Shown here: piece after piece, positions 27,335 through 39,600 of the stretch
How positions within the stretch are numbered: the first letter of the stretch is position 1
Layout of the letters: each line of letters starts with the position of its first letter
Origin: an uncultured bacterium
GTDB lineage: Bacteria > RBG-13-66-14
DNA length: 64,000 nucleotides
Assembly (NCBI GenBank): GCA_964577465.1
Contig: CAZNZF010000004.1
Span: 834-64,833 of the forward strand
Reading direction: 5' to 3'
Program-made: the position numbers and the translations under genes
The notes under the pieces: model-generated
Seen by the model: only the letters and a program-made list of their open reading frames with translations
Database searches by the model: none
What the model was told of the DNA's origin: nothing

Positions 27335-27757
27335 TCATCGAACGCCCGTGCCCGCCTCGCGGTTCACGGCCGGCTCGTCGGCGGACCCCGGCGCTCGTCC
27401 GAGCAGGCGCTCCACCTGCTCGACCACCGCGTACGGCTTGAAGGGCTTGGTCAGATGCAGCCCGGCGCCTAACCCATCGCTGATGCGCCGGTAGATTTCG
27501 TCGGGCTTCGCGGTGAGCAGGACCACCGGAATCCGCGACACCCGTTCCTCCTCGCCCAGACGGTTGAGCACCTCGTAGCCGTCCATACCGGGCATCATGA
27601 GGTCGAGGATGATGGCGTCGGGTCTTTCCCGGTCGGCGAGGGGGACGCACAGCGTCGCGTCGGACACGCCCACGACCTGGTAGCCCCGTTTCTCGAAGGC
27701 CAGGGAGAGTGTCTCGACGATGTGCCGCTCGTCGTCCACTATCATTATCTTCGGCAT
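27335..27757 (-). CDS. Stand-alone response-regulator receiver (CheY-like), tandem paralog
   Basis: N-terminus identical to the neighbour over MIVDDERHIVETL. ..AIILDLMMPGMDG.. and ..TKPF... Confidence 0.8.
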   Translation of the reverse strand: MPKIMIVDDERHIVETLSLAFEKRGYQVVGVSDATLCVPLADRERPDAIILDLMMPGMDGYEVLNRLGEEERVSRIPVVLLTAKPDEIYRRISDGLGAGLHLTKPFKPYAVVEQVERLLGRAPGSADEPAVNREAGTGVR

Positions 27758-27780
27758 GGATCCCGCCCCGCCCCTTTCTT

Positions 27781-27831
27781 TTTACCGGGGCATTACTCGC
27801 TTCGTTTGGTTTTCAAGGGGTCTCAAGCCCC
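27781..27831 (+). repeat. Repeat family B copy (TTTACCGGGGCATTACTCGCTTCGTTTGG, missing one CTTCG unit) followed by a degenerate family A half-palindrome (CAAGGGGTCTCAAGCCCC)
   Basis: Intergenic, upstream of the REC gene at 27757. Confidence 0.6.
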
Positions 27832-27985
27832 CCGGTTCCCGGCCCTCCGCCGTGTAGCTGATTTAATTCCCACCACGCAAGTGTATAATACACCGCCGCC
27901 CGTTCCCGCGCAACCCCTCAGACGCGGCGACTTCCGATTTTACACCTCTTCAATCCCCGCGGCCGCGGCCGTTCCGAGGCCGCGA

Positions 27986-28960
27986 TTACCCCGGGTAGTC
28001 GCCCTTCCGGTCCGCGGCCCCGCCCTCCGTAGTTCCCCGTCGCTCGTGGACCACTATGTTTCCGGGTTTGCCCTTGCCGAACTTCTTCAGCTCGGTGACG
28101 ACGTCGGCAATCTCGGCGGTGGTGGTGAAGCGCCGCTTCTCGCTCGACACCAGCTCGATGGTCAGGGTGAGCGTGGCGGGATACCGGCGCAGGCAGCCGG
28201 TGCGGTCCTTTATCTCGTAGTAATCCCGCCTCAGGTCGGCCTCGTCGAAGTAGTCCTTCACGCCCTCGCCGAAGAGCTCGATGACCCGGTCCGCCAGCTT
28301 CTCGGCCTCCTGGTGGTAGCAGAGCATCATGAAGTCGTCCCCGCCGATGTGCCCGACGAAGTCCTTCGGCTTGCCCAGCGCCCGGTTGGTCTGGACGAGG
28401 CAGTGCGTGAGAAGACGGATGACGGAATCGCCGCGGGCGTAGCCGTAGTAGTCGTTGAAGCTCTTGAAGCGGTCGATGTCGGCGTAGAAGAGGGAGTAGG
28501 GTTTGCCGGAGCGGATGACTTCCTTGAGCCGATGCTCGATCTCCAGGTTTCCCGGCAGGCCCGTCAGCGGGTTGCAGCCGAGTTGGTAGCGCGTGCGCGA
28601 CAGGACCATCTTCGCCCGGGCCAGGAGCTCCCGCTGGGAGAAGGGCTTGGCGATGTAGTCGTCGATGGAGTGCTCGACGCCCCGCTCGAGGTCGATGATG
28701 TCCTGCTTGGCCGTCAACAGAATCACCGGGATGTGGGCGGTCTCGAAGTCCTTCTTCAGCTCGGAGCACACCTGATAGCCGTCCATCCCCGGCATCATCA
28801 CGTCCAGGACGACGAGCTCCGGGTTGAAGACCTTGACCTGCTCCAGGGCCTCCTCGCCCGAAGGGCAGGTCAGGACCGTGTAGTTGTCGCCCTCGAATAC
28901 GGTCTTGACGATCGAGCGGATGTCGGGGTCATCGTCAACGACCATCACCCGTGTCGACAT
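27986..28960 (-). CDS. Response regulator with GGDEF domain (PleD-like; GGDDF variant motif)
   Basis: REC domain (VMVVDDDPDI.., ..VVLDVMMPGMDG..) followed by a GGDEF domain with ..HIGGDDFMML... Confidence 0.8.
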   Translation of the reverse strand: MSTRVMVVDDDPDIRSIVKTVFEGDNYTVLTCPSGEEALEQVKVFNPELVVLDVMMPGMDGYQVCSELKKDFETAHIPVILLTAKQDIIDLERGVEHSIDDYIAKPFSQRELLARAKMVLSRTRYQLGCNPLTGLPGNLEIEHRLKEVIRSGKPYSLFYADIDRFKSFNDYYGYARGDSVIRLLTHCLVQTNRALGKPKDFVGHIGGDDFMMLCYHQEAEKLADRVIELFGEGVKDYFDEADLRRDYYEIKDRTGCLRRYPATLTLTIELVSSEKRRFTTTAEIADVVTELKKFGKGKPGNIVVHERRGTTEGGAADRKGDYPG

Positions 28961-28997
28961 GCCTCGTCCTTTGGAAACGGACCGATTACGGACGGCG

Positions 28998-29030
28998 ATT
29001 TGCCAGGGGCATAGCTCGCTACGCTCGGTT
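28998..29030 (+). repeat. Repeat family B copy (ATTTGCCAGGGGCATAGCTCGCTACGCTCGGTT)
   Basis: Intergenic, between nadD and the REC-GGDEF gene. Confidence 0.7.
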
Positions 29031-29085
29031 CACCGGGGCGTCACTATCGCGCGAATCAGGGGGCCATTATAAAACTCCCCCCCCC

Positions 29086-29120
29086 GTTTTGCCAAGGCAC
29101 TACTCGCTTCGCTTCGTTTT
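29086..29120 (+). repeat. Repeat family B copy (GTTTTGCCAAGGCACTACTCGCTTCGCTTCGTTTT)
   Basis: Directly abuts the nadD stop at 29122. Preceded by a GGGGG...CCCCCCCCC hairpin (~29059-29084). Confidence 0.7.
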
Positions 29121-29121
29121 G

Positions 29122-29715
29122 TCAGCCATCGCGGTACAGACCATTGTCAACGATGTAGCGGGCCACCGGGTCGGGGACGAGCCACCGCAGGCTGAGCCCC
29201 GCCGCGGCTCTTTGGCGCACCAGCGTCGAGGACACGCCGAAGGGGGGCATGGGGATTGCCGACGCCCGGGTCCCGGGGGGGATCTTTTCGGGCGTAATTA
29301 CACTCCCGGGTCTCGGTGCGTAGGCGAAGCGGGCGAGCCGGACCAGCTCGTCCACCCGGTGCCAGGCGCCCAGGTCGTTCAGGTTGTCGGCGCCCACGAG
29401 GATGACCGGCTCCCCGCCGAGGAGCTCCCGGAAGCGCAGGACCGTGTCTATGGTGTAGGATACGCCGCCCCGCCGGAGCTCGATGTCGTCCGGGACGAAG
29501 GCCGGTTCACCCTCGAGCGCCAGCCGGAGCATGGCGAGACGGTGGGGTTCGGCGGCTTTCGGGGGGTGGTCGCGGTGGGGTCCCCGGGCGGCGGGGATGA
29601 AGTACACCCGGTCCAGGTCTAGTTTCTCGCGGGCGAAGGTCGCCAGGAGCAGGTGGCCCAGGTGCACCGGGTCGTAGCTGCCGCCGAAGAGGGCGTACTT
29701 CCCTGGTGTGTCCAT
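29122..29715 (-). CDS. nadD: Nicotinate-nucleotide adenylyltransferase
   Basis: GGSYDPVHLGHL (H/T-x-G-H nucleotidyltransferase motif). 197 aa. Confidence 0.85.
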   Translation of the reverse strand: MDTPGKYALFGGSYDPVHLGHLLLATFAREKLDLDRVYFIPAARGPHRDHPPKAAEPHRLAMLRLALEGEPAFVPDDIELRRGGVSYTIDTVLRFRELLGGEPVILVGADNLNDLGAWHRVDELVRLARFAYAPRPGSVITPEKIPPGTRASAIPMPPFGVSSTLVRQRAAAGLSLRWLVPDPVARYIVDNGLYRDG

Positions 29716-29823
29716 TCTTCGACCGCCGAGGATGGGAAGCGAAAAAGGTTACGGCCCGGCGAAAGGACCAGCATCAGGATTTTACCATAATAATGCGTCG
29801 GGACGGCGGGGTCTGGTAAGGAA

Positions 29824-29872
29824 CAAGGGGTTTTGCCAAGGGCATAGCTCGCTACGCTCGGTTAACCCCTTG
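29824..29872 (+). repeat. Composite: family A palindrome arms (CAAGGGGTT / TTAACCCCTTG) flanking a family B core (TTGCCAAGGGCATAGCTCGCTACGCTCGG)
   Basis: Same composite structure occurs in inverted orientation at 51448..51497. Confidence 0.7.
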
Positions 29873-29918
29873 TCTTAATCTGGGTGGTGAACGGGGGAAG
29901 CGGCGAAGGTAAAAAAAC

Positions 29919-29945
29919 CGGCCGAGACCGGTTTATACGATTCGT
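29919..29945 (-). terminator. Rho-independent terminator downstream of bamD
   Basis: Minus strand reads CCGGTCTCGGCCGG followed by TTTTTTT. Confidence 0.65.
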
Positions 29946-29957
29946 GAACCGCCCCAC

Positions 29958-30713
29958 CTAGCCGCCGTCCGGGTTCCCCAGCGTGGCCAGGCTCTCGCGG
30001 GCGTCCGCGGCGTACTCGTCGTCCGGGTACTCCGCCAGAATCCGCTCGAAATCGTCCTGGGCGTCGTCCGGGTATCCCAGCTCCGACAGCGCCTCCCCGC
30101 GGCGCCACAGGTTCCGCGGCACGTACATCGAGTCGGGGTAATCGCCCAGGAGCATATCGGCGTAGAGAATAACGGACCGCGGGTGGTCCATCCGGCGGTA
30201 CACGTAGGCGATGTAGTCCAGCTTGCGGGCCTCCAGCTCCTCGGCCTCCCGAATCGCCTCCTGTATCTGGGGGACGAGCTCCGAGCCGGGGAAGAGCTTC
30301 AGCGTGCGGCGGTATTCACCGATGGCCGCCTTGATGAGCTCCGTGTCACGCTGGTAGTCGGGCGCGCGCTTGAAGTAGCACCGCCCGATGTTGTAGCGGG
30401 CGTCGTCGGTGTAGGGCGAATTGGGGTAACTGGTGGCCATGTCATCGAAAATCGACTGGGCCTCGAGGTACATTCCGTCGTCGAAGTAGGCCATGCCCAG
30501 GAAGAACTGGGAGTCATCGGCGTACTTCGACGAGGGGTACACGATCATCACGTTCTCGAAGCAGCCCCGCGCCGCCTCCCATTCCTGCTTCTCGTAGTAG
30601 CCCTTGCCCAGCTCGAACCATTCCTGGGCGGTGAGCGAGAAGAGGTCCGGCAGCTCCACGGCGCAGCCGCAGAAGACGAGCGCGATGACCCCGACGATGA
30701 GTGCCGCCTTCAC
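29958..30713 (-). CDS. bamD: BamD/YfiO-like outer-membrane assembly lipoprotein (TPR-like)
   Basis: Signal peptide with Cys cluster (LVFCGCA). TPR-like repeats matching the BamD family (..AYFDDGMYLEAQSIFDDMATSYPNSPY..). Confidence 0.6.
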   Translation of the reverse strand: MKAALIVGVIALVFCGCAVELPDLFSLTAQEWFELGKGYYEKQEWEAARGCFENVMIVYPSSKYADDSQFFLGMAYFDDGMYLEAQSIFDDMATSYPNSPYTDDARYNIGRCYFKRAPDYQRDTELIKAAIGEYRRTLKLFPGSELVPQIQEAIREAEELEARKLDYIAYVYRRMDHPRSVILYADMLLGDYPDSMYVPRNLWRRGEALSELGYPDDAQDDFERILAEYPDDEYAADARESLATLGNPDGG

Positions 30714-30716
30714 AGC

Positions 30717-31433
30717 TTACTTCTTCTCCTCGGTCCTCGATTTTAAAAATGACATGTAGAGCTCCGCCTCGCGGCTCGTGCCTTTGGACAGCTCACGGGC
30801 CTTCTGGAGATGCCCCTTGGCGGTGTCGTATGCCCCCTGCTGGAAATGTACCAGGCCGAGCTCGAGCTGGCCGTTCTGGTAGTTGGGGTTGAGGGCGATG
30901 GCCTTTTCCAGGACCTCCTCGGCCTCGGCCAGCCGTCCACCCCGGCGGAGGATTTTTCCCCGGAAGACCAGCAGATCGACGTAGAACGGCGCCAGTTCCA
31001 CCGATTCGTTGATGAGCCGTTCCGCCTGGTCTATGCGGCCCATCTCCAGCTCGAGGGCGGCCAGCTCGCGGTAGCCCTCGGCCAGCCGGGCCTTGATGGC
31101 GGGGCTGAGCTCGTCGGACCGGATTTTCGTCGAGGCGAGCATGGCGGTGAGCTCGGCGTCCGCCTCCTCGTACTGGCCCAGGTCGGAGAGGGTGATGAGG
31201 AGGTTGAGCCGCGCCTCCTCGTAGGCCGGGTTCAGCTCCAGGGCCTTCTGGTAGTAGCTCACGGCGACCTTGTAGTCGGAGTTCATGGAGTTGCAGAGGC
31301 CCATCAGGTTGTACACGTCGGGGTACTCCTTGCCCTCCCCGATCGCCATCCGCAGCTCGTTGAGCGCCTCGGCGTACAAGCCCCGCTCGAAGAGGTGGCG
31401 GGCGTTGGCGACCCTGTTCTGTTCCGAAGACAC
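30717..31433 (-). CDS. TPR-repeat protein
   Basis: Multiple 34-aa TPR units (..YNLMGLCNSMNSDYKVAVSYYQKALELNPAY..). 4-nt gap to bamD. Confidence 0.65.
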   Translation of the reverse strand: MSSEQNRVANARHLFERGLYAEALNELRMAIGEGKEYPDVYNLMGLCNSMNSDYKVAVSYYQKALELNPAYEEARLNLLITLSDLGQYEEADAELTAMLASTKIRSDELSPAIKARLAEGYRELAALELEMGRIDQAERLINESVELAPFYVDLLVFRGKILRRGGRLAEAEEVLEKAIALNPNYQNGQLELGLVHFQQGAYDTAKGHLQKARELSKGTSREAELYMSFLKSRTEEKK

Positions 31434-31611
31434 CGCTACCCCCTTGGGTGGTGATTACGGCTGCGCCGTCGCAGATATACGGCTGCGCCGCCGCTACTTT
31501 TCCGCCAGTATAGCCACCCCGCCGGTTCGGAGTCAACCAGGGTCGTCCGTGGGGATACGGCACCGGGGGTATTTTGGTTTCGCGGCTGCGCCGCCGCAGA
31601 TACGCCGGCCG
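31434..31611. repeat. Cluster of GC-rich direct repeats, family C (ACGGCTGCGCCGYCGCAGATA, three units)
   Basis: Units at ~31454-31478, 31479-31497 and 31580-31606. A related unit lies at 9611-9635. Confidence 0.6.
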
Positions 31612-32057
31612 TTACCGGCCCCGCTTCGGGGGGGCGGGTCCGAAAGCCGGGCGCAGCGGCATCAGAAGGGAGTAGGCCAGGAGGATTCCGGCGATGGCCG
31701 CCGCGGCCCACGCCCACTCCTTCAGACCGGCCAGCGAGTCGTACGCCAGGGGGTACACGCTCACCGCGGTGATGTAAAGACCCGCCGAGGCCCCGAGCCA
31801 GCGTCCCCATCCCTTGACCAGGAGCAGGCCCGCGCCGGCGAGGCATAAATTCAGGCTCCACAGGCCGTACAGCGCGTAGAGCCAATCCCGCAGTTCCAGG
31901 GGCGGAAGGTCGAACCAGGCCAGCCCGGGCAGGACGCTGAGGGACAGGGCGGTCAGTACGCCGCCGCCCAGGCAGACCGCTCCGAGTATACGGATGAGCA
32001 CCCTCCCGGCCCGCCAGGGGTAGGGGCGGATGTCCTCCGGTCGGATGACGTTGGGCA

Positions 32058-32058
<1 letters not shown>
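31612..32058 (-). CDS. Hypothetical membrane protein (4 TM)
   Basis: Hydrophobic, Trp-rich. Stop abuts the alaS start. Confidence 0.4.
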
Positions 32059-34673
<2,615 letters not shown>

Positions 34674-34764
34674 TTTCTACCCGTTCGATGGGGGTGCGCC
34701 TCAACGGGGCGATTATAACAGGCCCCCGCCGGGGGGCCAAGCGTCCGCGGTCGGGCCGGTCGAA

Positions 34765-35973
34765 TCAGGGCACCGGCCGGAAGGCGAAGAGCGGCACCAG
34801 CTCCGCCGTGACCGCCTGCTCCGCCCGTTCCGGGTCGTTGGCAAAGCAGGTGAGCTCCACCGTCTCCACCACGCCGTCCACGGGGATGCGCTCGGGGCTC
34901 CCCCGCGGTGCGTCGGGGCTCTCGTAGGGTTGCAGCTCGAACCGCGTGTCCCAGGTGACCGAATCGTCCCGGCCGGTCTCCCCGCCCTCGACGTAACCGC
35001 CGACGACCAGAAAGCTCTCTAGGGGCAGCGGCCGGCCCAGGTCCACGGTAACCCCCTCACCCCGCCACGCGGTCCGGGGGTCGCCGTCGAACAGCCGTTC
35101 GGCGTCGGGGGGGTCGGTGGCGATGAGCGGCGTCAGCCCCCCCGTGGCCGGGTCCAGCTCCCACCACCGGGACAGGCCGTACGGCGGAAAGCCCGGATGG
35201 CAGCCCCAGGGCATGGTCCAGGACGCCGGGGCGTCGACCGTCTCCTCGGCCAGGATGACCGTCCGGCCGTCCCGACCGGCGACGGGCAGGACCCACCCGA
35301 CTCGCGGGAGCACCTCGGTCAGCCTGTCTGTCGTCAGGTTCCAGCGCAGGAGCGGCTGCAGGTCGAGAAATTCATCCGAGGCCGGGGAGTGGGGGTGGAA
35401 GTTCATGTAGAGCGACTCTCCGTCGTCGGACCACTCGAGCAGTTCGACTCTGACCCGGACCTGGTCCGTCTCCACGGGGAAGGTCCGCTCGTTGACGACC
35501 TCGCACACCCGCCCCAGTTTGTAGACGAGGACCTCCACCTTATGCTCATCGCCGCCCGTGGCCACGGCGAGCCGGTCCCCTCCCGGCGACAGGGCGAGGT
35601 CGGCGTAGTACTCGGGGACGCTCAGCTCGTACATGTCCACGATGAAGCCCAGGTCGGCGTCGTCTATGTGCATGCGCCGGATGCGCAGGCTCGTCGGGTC
35701 CGCCTCGTCCCATCGCTGCTGATAAAAGTAGAGGTAACCGTCCATGCAGCCCAGGAGAGAGTCGCCGTCGTCCATCGCCAGCTCGAACGTCCGGCCGTGC
35801 CGCTCCAGGACGGCGGCGTCGGTCCACGGCGTCCATTGCAGCCGGTAGCCCTCGCCGGCAATCTCGATGCCCGGCTCGTAGAGGTCGGACCAGGTGTAGT
35901 GGGACCGGTCGAGCCCGGCGGCGGCGAGCGATGCCGTCAACAGCATGATAATCAGCAGCTTGCGGATGAGCAT
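34765..35973 (-). CDS. Secreted hypothetical protein with a C-terminal discoidin (F5/8 type C)-like domain
   Basis: Signal peptide MLIRKLLIIMLLTASLAAAG. ..FDGDPRTAWRGEG.. is discoidin-like. Confidence 0.45.
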   Translation of the reverse strand: MLIRKLLIIMLLTASLAAAGLDRSHYTWSDLYEPGIEIAGEGYRLQWTPWTDAAVLERHGRTFELAMDDGDSLLGCMDGYLYFYQQRWDEADPTSLRIRRMHIDDADLGFIVDMYELSVPEYYADLALSPGGDRLAVATGGDEHKVEVLVYKLGRVCEVVNERTFPVETDQVRVRVELLEWSDDGESLYMNFHPHSPASDEFLDLQPLLRWNLTTDRLTEVLPRVGWVLPVAGRDGRTVILAEETVDAPASWTMPWGCHPGFPPYGLSRWWELDPATGGLTPLIATDPPDAERLFDGDPRTAWRGEGVTVDLGRPLPLESFLVVGGYVEGGETGRDDSVTWDTRFELQPYESPDAPRGSPERIPVDGVVETVELTCFANDPERAEQAVTAELVPLFAFRPVP

Positions 35974-35983
35974 TTGAACCCCT

Positions 35984-36616
35984 TTAGAAAAAGCGGCCGA
36001 GGAGATACCACCAGGCGCCGGTGGCGAACATGACGAGGTTTACCAACAGCAGCGCCCCGCCCACGATGTGGCAGACCCGCCACAGTTTCCAGCGCTTCTC
36101 GACGATGAGCACCTTGGCGGCGCAGAGCGCCAGCCCGACGAAGCCGATGACCGTGTGCAGCACCACGCGGTCCGTGTTGCCGCGGACGCCGTGGGCTACG
36201 AGGCAGATGCCGGTCAACAGGACGTAGAGCCCCAGGGTCGTCCAGCCGAAGACGCGGTGCCTGCGACGCAGCTTCGCGCCACGCTCCGGGTCCCGCTTGG
36301 CCGCCGGGCGGGAGGTGTAGATGAGGATGTACGCGGTGAGCGCCGCCAGGAGCGTCAGCACGGTCAGGCTGCTCTTGAGGAGCCACAGCGGCGAGGCGGT
36401 CACCGGAGGCTGCGGGATGTCGTGCCCCGCCTCGACCCACCCCGCGAGGCTGTGGCCGTGGGCCGCGTAGTACAGCCCGCGCTCGTTGCGCTCCCCGCCG
36501 CCCTGGGGGTTGAGGTGGCAGTAAACGCAGTCTCTGCGCTCCCGGTCCGCGTACTCCGGCCGGGCCCAGGCGCATAAAACGAAAATGAAAAGTAGAAGAA
36601 CGGCGGTCTTTTTCAT
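35984..36616 (-). CDS. Membrane mono-heme c-type cytochrome (signal peptide + CVYCH, then 4 TM helices)
   Basis: One CxxCH motif after the signal peptide, followed by hydrophobic helices. The start overlaps the stop of the giant gene by 4 nt. Confidence 0.55.
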   Translation of the reverse strand: MKKTAVLLLFIFVLCAWARPEYADRERRDCVYCHLNPQGGGERNERGLYYAAHGHSLAGWVEAGHDIPQPPVTASPLWLLKSSLTVLTLLAALTAYILIYTSRPAAKRDPERGAKLRRRHRVFGWTTLGLYVLLTGICLVAHGVRGNTDRVVLHTVIGFVGLALCAAKVLIVEKRWKLWRVCHIVGGALLLVNLVMFATGAWWYLLGRFF

Positions 36617-39600
36617 GGCGCCCTGCGGGTGAAAACGCCGAAGCCGCCCCAGTACGCCGGGCTCGGGAAACTGGCCCGGGTCGAGAGCTGGGCCAGCCGG
36701 AGCGCCTCGGCGGGCGGGAGGCCGTCGGCGAGGCCCAGGAAGAGGTTGCGGACGGTGATGGCGGTGGCGATGTCCGAGGTGCGCCAGAATGTGGCGGCCA
36801 CGGCGTCCGCCCCGGCGATGAGGAAGGCCCGCGCCAGGGACAAGAATTCCAGGCCGTCGGCCCCCTCGGGCACCGCCGTCTCGCAGGCCGAGAGGACCGC
36901 CAGCTCGCAGTCCAGCGGCAGGGCGAGAATGTCCCGCACGGTCAGGAGGCCGTCGTCGCCCGTTCCCTCGTCCGGCGTCAGGAGCAGGGCGGAGGAGAGC
37001 GGGTCGCCCGGGGCGAGCCGGGTGTGGGTGGCCAGGTGCAGCCGACGGGCACGGCCTGCCAGCTCGGTGTAACGGCTCTTCAGGGCGGCCCGGCCGGTGA
37101 ACGGTGCGGGCCCTCCGGGGAACAGGCCGGCGATGCTCTCCGCCTCCTTCTCGGCGAAGGGGAGGTCGTCCCGGGGATTTCCCGTGGTCGGGTTGGCGAA
37201 GCTGACCAGCGGCAGCTCGCCGTATGCGTCGTTCACGGGCGTGAGCCAGGCGGTGAAGCTCGGGGCGTAGGCCAGGGGGAAGCGGTCAAGCAGGCAGCCG
37301 TCACCGAAGGGCAGGACGGCGAAGGGCACGTAGGCCAGCTCGCCATCGGGGATAATCAACAGCTCGTCCGGGTCCGCCGCGGATAGCTCGTCGGCCCAGG
37401 GTCCGATGACCTCGGCGGCCAGGGCGGCGGCGAGCGCGTCGAAGCGGTCCGGGTCGCCCCGGGAGGTGAAGAGGGTGGTCAGCTCCCGGACGGCGTTCCG
37501 GGCGGCCTGGGCCGGCCTCTCGACGACCCTCACCCCGTCTCCGTCCACCAGCCAGCTCCAGAGGCGGTCGCCGTCCATGTGATAGACGAGGGCTGCGCGG
37601 CGGTCGCCGACGCCCCGGATGATTTCCTCCGCCGTCGCCGTTTTGCCGACGACCCCGGCGAAGGCGGGCCACCGCTCGGCTATCTCATCCACGAGCGCGT
37701 CCTCTTCCGCCAGCGCCCCGTCCAGCCCCGCGTCGCTCTCCGCCCCGAGGAGGAGGGAAATCCGCCGGGACAGCTCGGTGTACCGGGTCAGGGCCTGCCC
37801 GAGCTCCGCGTCCCGCCAGGGGATGTCCGCCGACAACAGGGTCCGCTCGCCGACGACGGAGCGGCAGATTTCCTCCAGCTCCAGGCTGCGGCGAAAATCC
37901 CCGGATTCGAGGGCGAGCCCGATGCCGTGGGTGAAGAGCTGCTTGGCCCCGACGAAGATGCCCTGAAGAGCAGCGGAGAGGGGCGACTCGGGCGCGGCCT
38001 GCCGGACGGTTTCCAGGGCCAGGTCGAACTCGGCCAGCGCGGTCGGCCGGTCCCCGCTATTTTCGGCCAGCCGGCTCAACTGGTGGTGGACCCGCCAGAG
38101 GAGGTCCGGCCGGTCGGCGGCGACCGCCCCCCTCCGGGCCCGGTCAAGGCAGTCGGCCGCCTTCGCCGGGTCGTCGGGGAGGACGAGGCGGGCCACGTCG
38201 CAGTAGCCCAGAATCGTCCGCGGGTTCGTCAGGTCCGCGTCCGCCAGGTAGCGCTCGTGGAAGGTTCTCGCCTCGGCGGTATTCCCCTCCAGCTCGGCCA
38301 CGGCGGCCAGGTGCCGCAGGTCGTTCGACACCCCCTGGGAGTAGCCGATCCGCCGGTCCTCGGCGAGCGCCTCCTCGAAGTGGACGCGGGCGATTCCCAG
38401 GCGGCCGCTCGAGCGGTACACGAGCCCCAGGTTGGAGTGGGCGGCGGCGGTTTCCTGGGCGTCGCCGGAGGCCTCGGCCTTCTCCAGGGCGGCCGTCGCC
38501 GCGGCGAGCGCCTCGTCGGTCCGGCGCATCCCCAGCAGCGACAGCGCCTCGCTGCCCAGGAAACGGGCGATGAGGCCGGGCGGCCCGTTCTCCCCCAGCT
38601 CCGCGAGGACCTTTTGGCTTATCTCCAGGGATTGGTTGAAGGACCGGTCCTTCCAGTACGCCTTGGCCAGGCCGAAGAGGTTGTCCAGGCGCGCCGCGGG
38701 GGTGTCGGGCTCGCCGGGGTACTTCTCCGCCTTGGCCAGGCCTTCCGTGTGGTACGCCCGGGCGGCGGGGAGGTCGCCCTTCTCCGTGGCGATGAAGCCC
38801 AGGAGCGCCAGGGCCCTCGCCTCACCCACCGGGTCGCCCAGGGAGACGAAGGTCAGTCGGCTGAGCTCGGCGTAACCCCCGGCCCGTTCCTGGTCGTCCA
38901 GGTTGGCCTGGTAGAGGTTTCCCAGCTCGAGCGTTACCTGGGCCCGCGTAGCCTCGCGCTCCGCCCCCACTGCCAGGTCGGCGGCCAGGTTGTACTCGAC
39001 CGCCGCCTCCTCGAAGCGGTAGGCGCGCACCAGCAGACGGGCGCGGTCGAGGTGGCCGGAGATGTAGGGGTCGACGAGGGCGGCGACCTCGGGTCCGCCC
39101 AGTTCCCCCAGGGTATCCAGGTAATGGCCGTTGGCCTCCAGCCCCGCGTCCAGGTCGCCCGTCTCGGCCTCCAGGGCGCTCAGGCGCCGATAGGCCTTGG
39201 CGCGGGAGACCGGGTCGCGGGCGGCCTCGAGGAGCTTCACCTGGTACTCCAGCGCCAGCTTCAGCTTCCCGGAATCGTGCGCAGCGCTGACGGCGGCCCC
39301 CCAGAGCTGCAGCTTCTTCTCGTCGTCCCCCAGCCGCTCCGCCATCCCCGCGGCCTTGAGGAACTGGTACAGGGCGGTCTCGAAATCCCCCTCCCCCTGG
39401 TAGGCCAGGGCCGAGCGGACCGTGTTCGAGAACTGCTCCTCGGCGAAGGTGCGCGCCTCGACGTCGGAAAATCCGGCGAACCCCAGGAGTATCGCCCCGG
39501 CCCAGTCCATCGTGGACGGGTACTTCTCCCGCACCTCGAGCTGGGCCCGGCGCACCGCCTCGGCCGGAGGCTCGCTCAACCGCCAGCGCGCGAAGGCTTC

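Noticed and set aside
27986-28960. Calling the REC-GGDEF protein an active diguanylate cyclase (pleD).
   Set aside because: The signature motif reads GGDDF and I could not confirm an I-site. I assigned the domain architecture only, not enzymatic activity.
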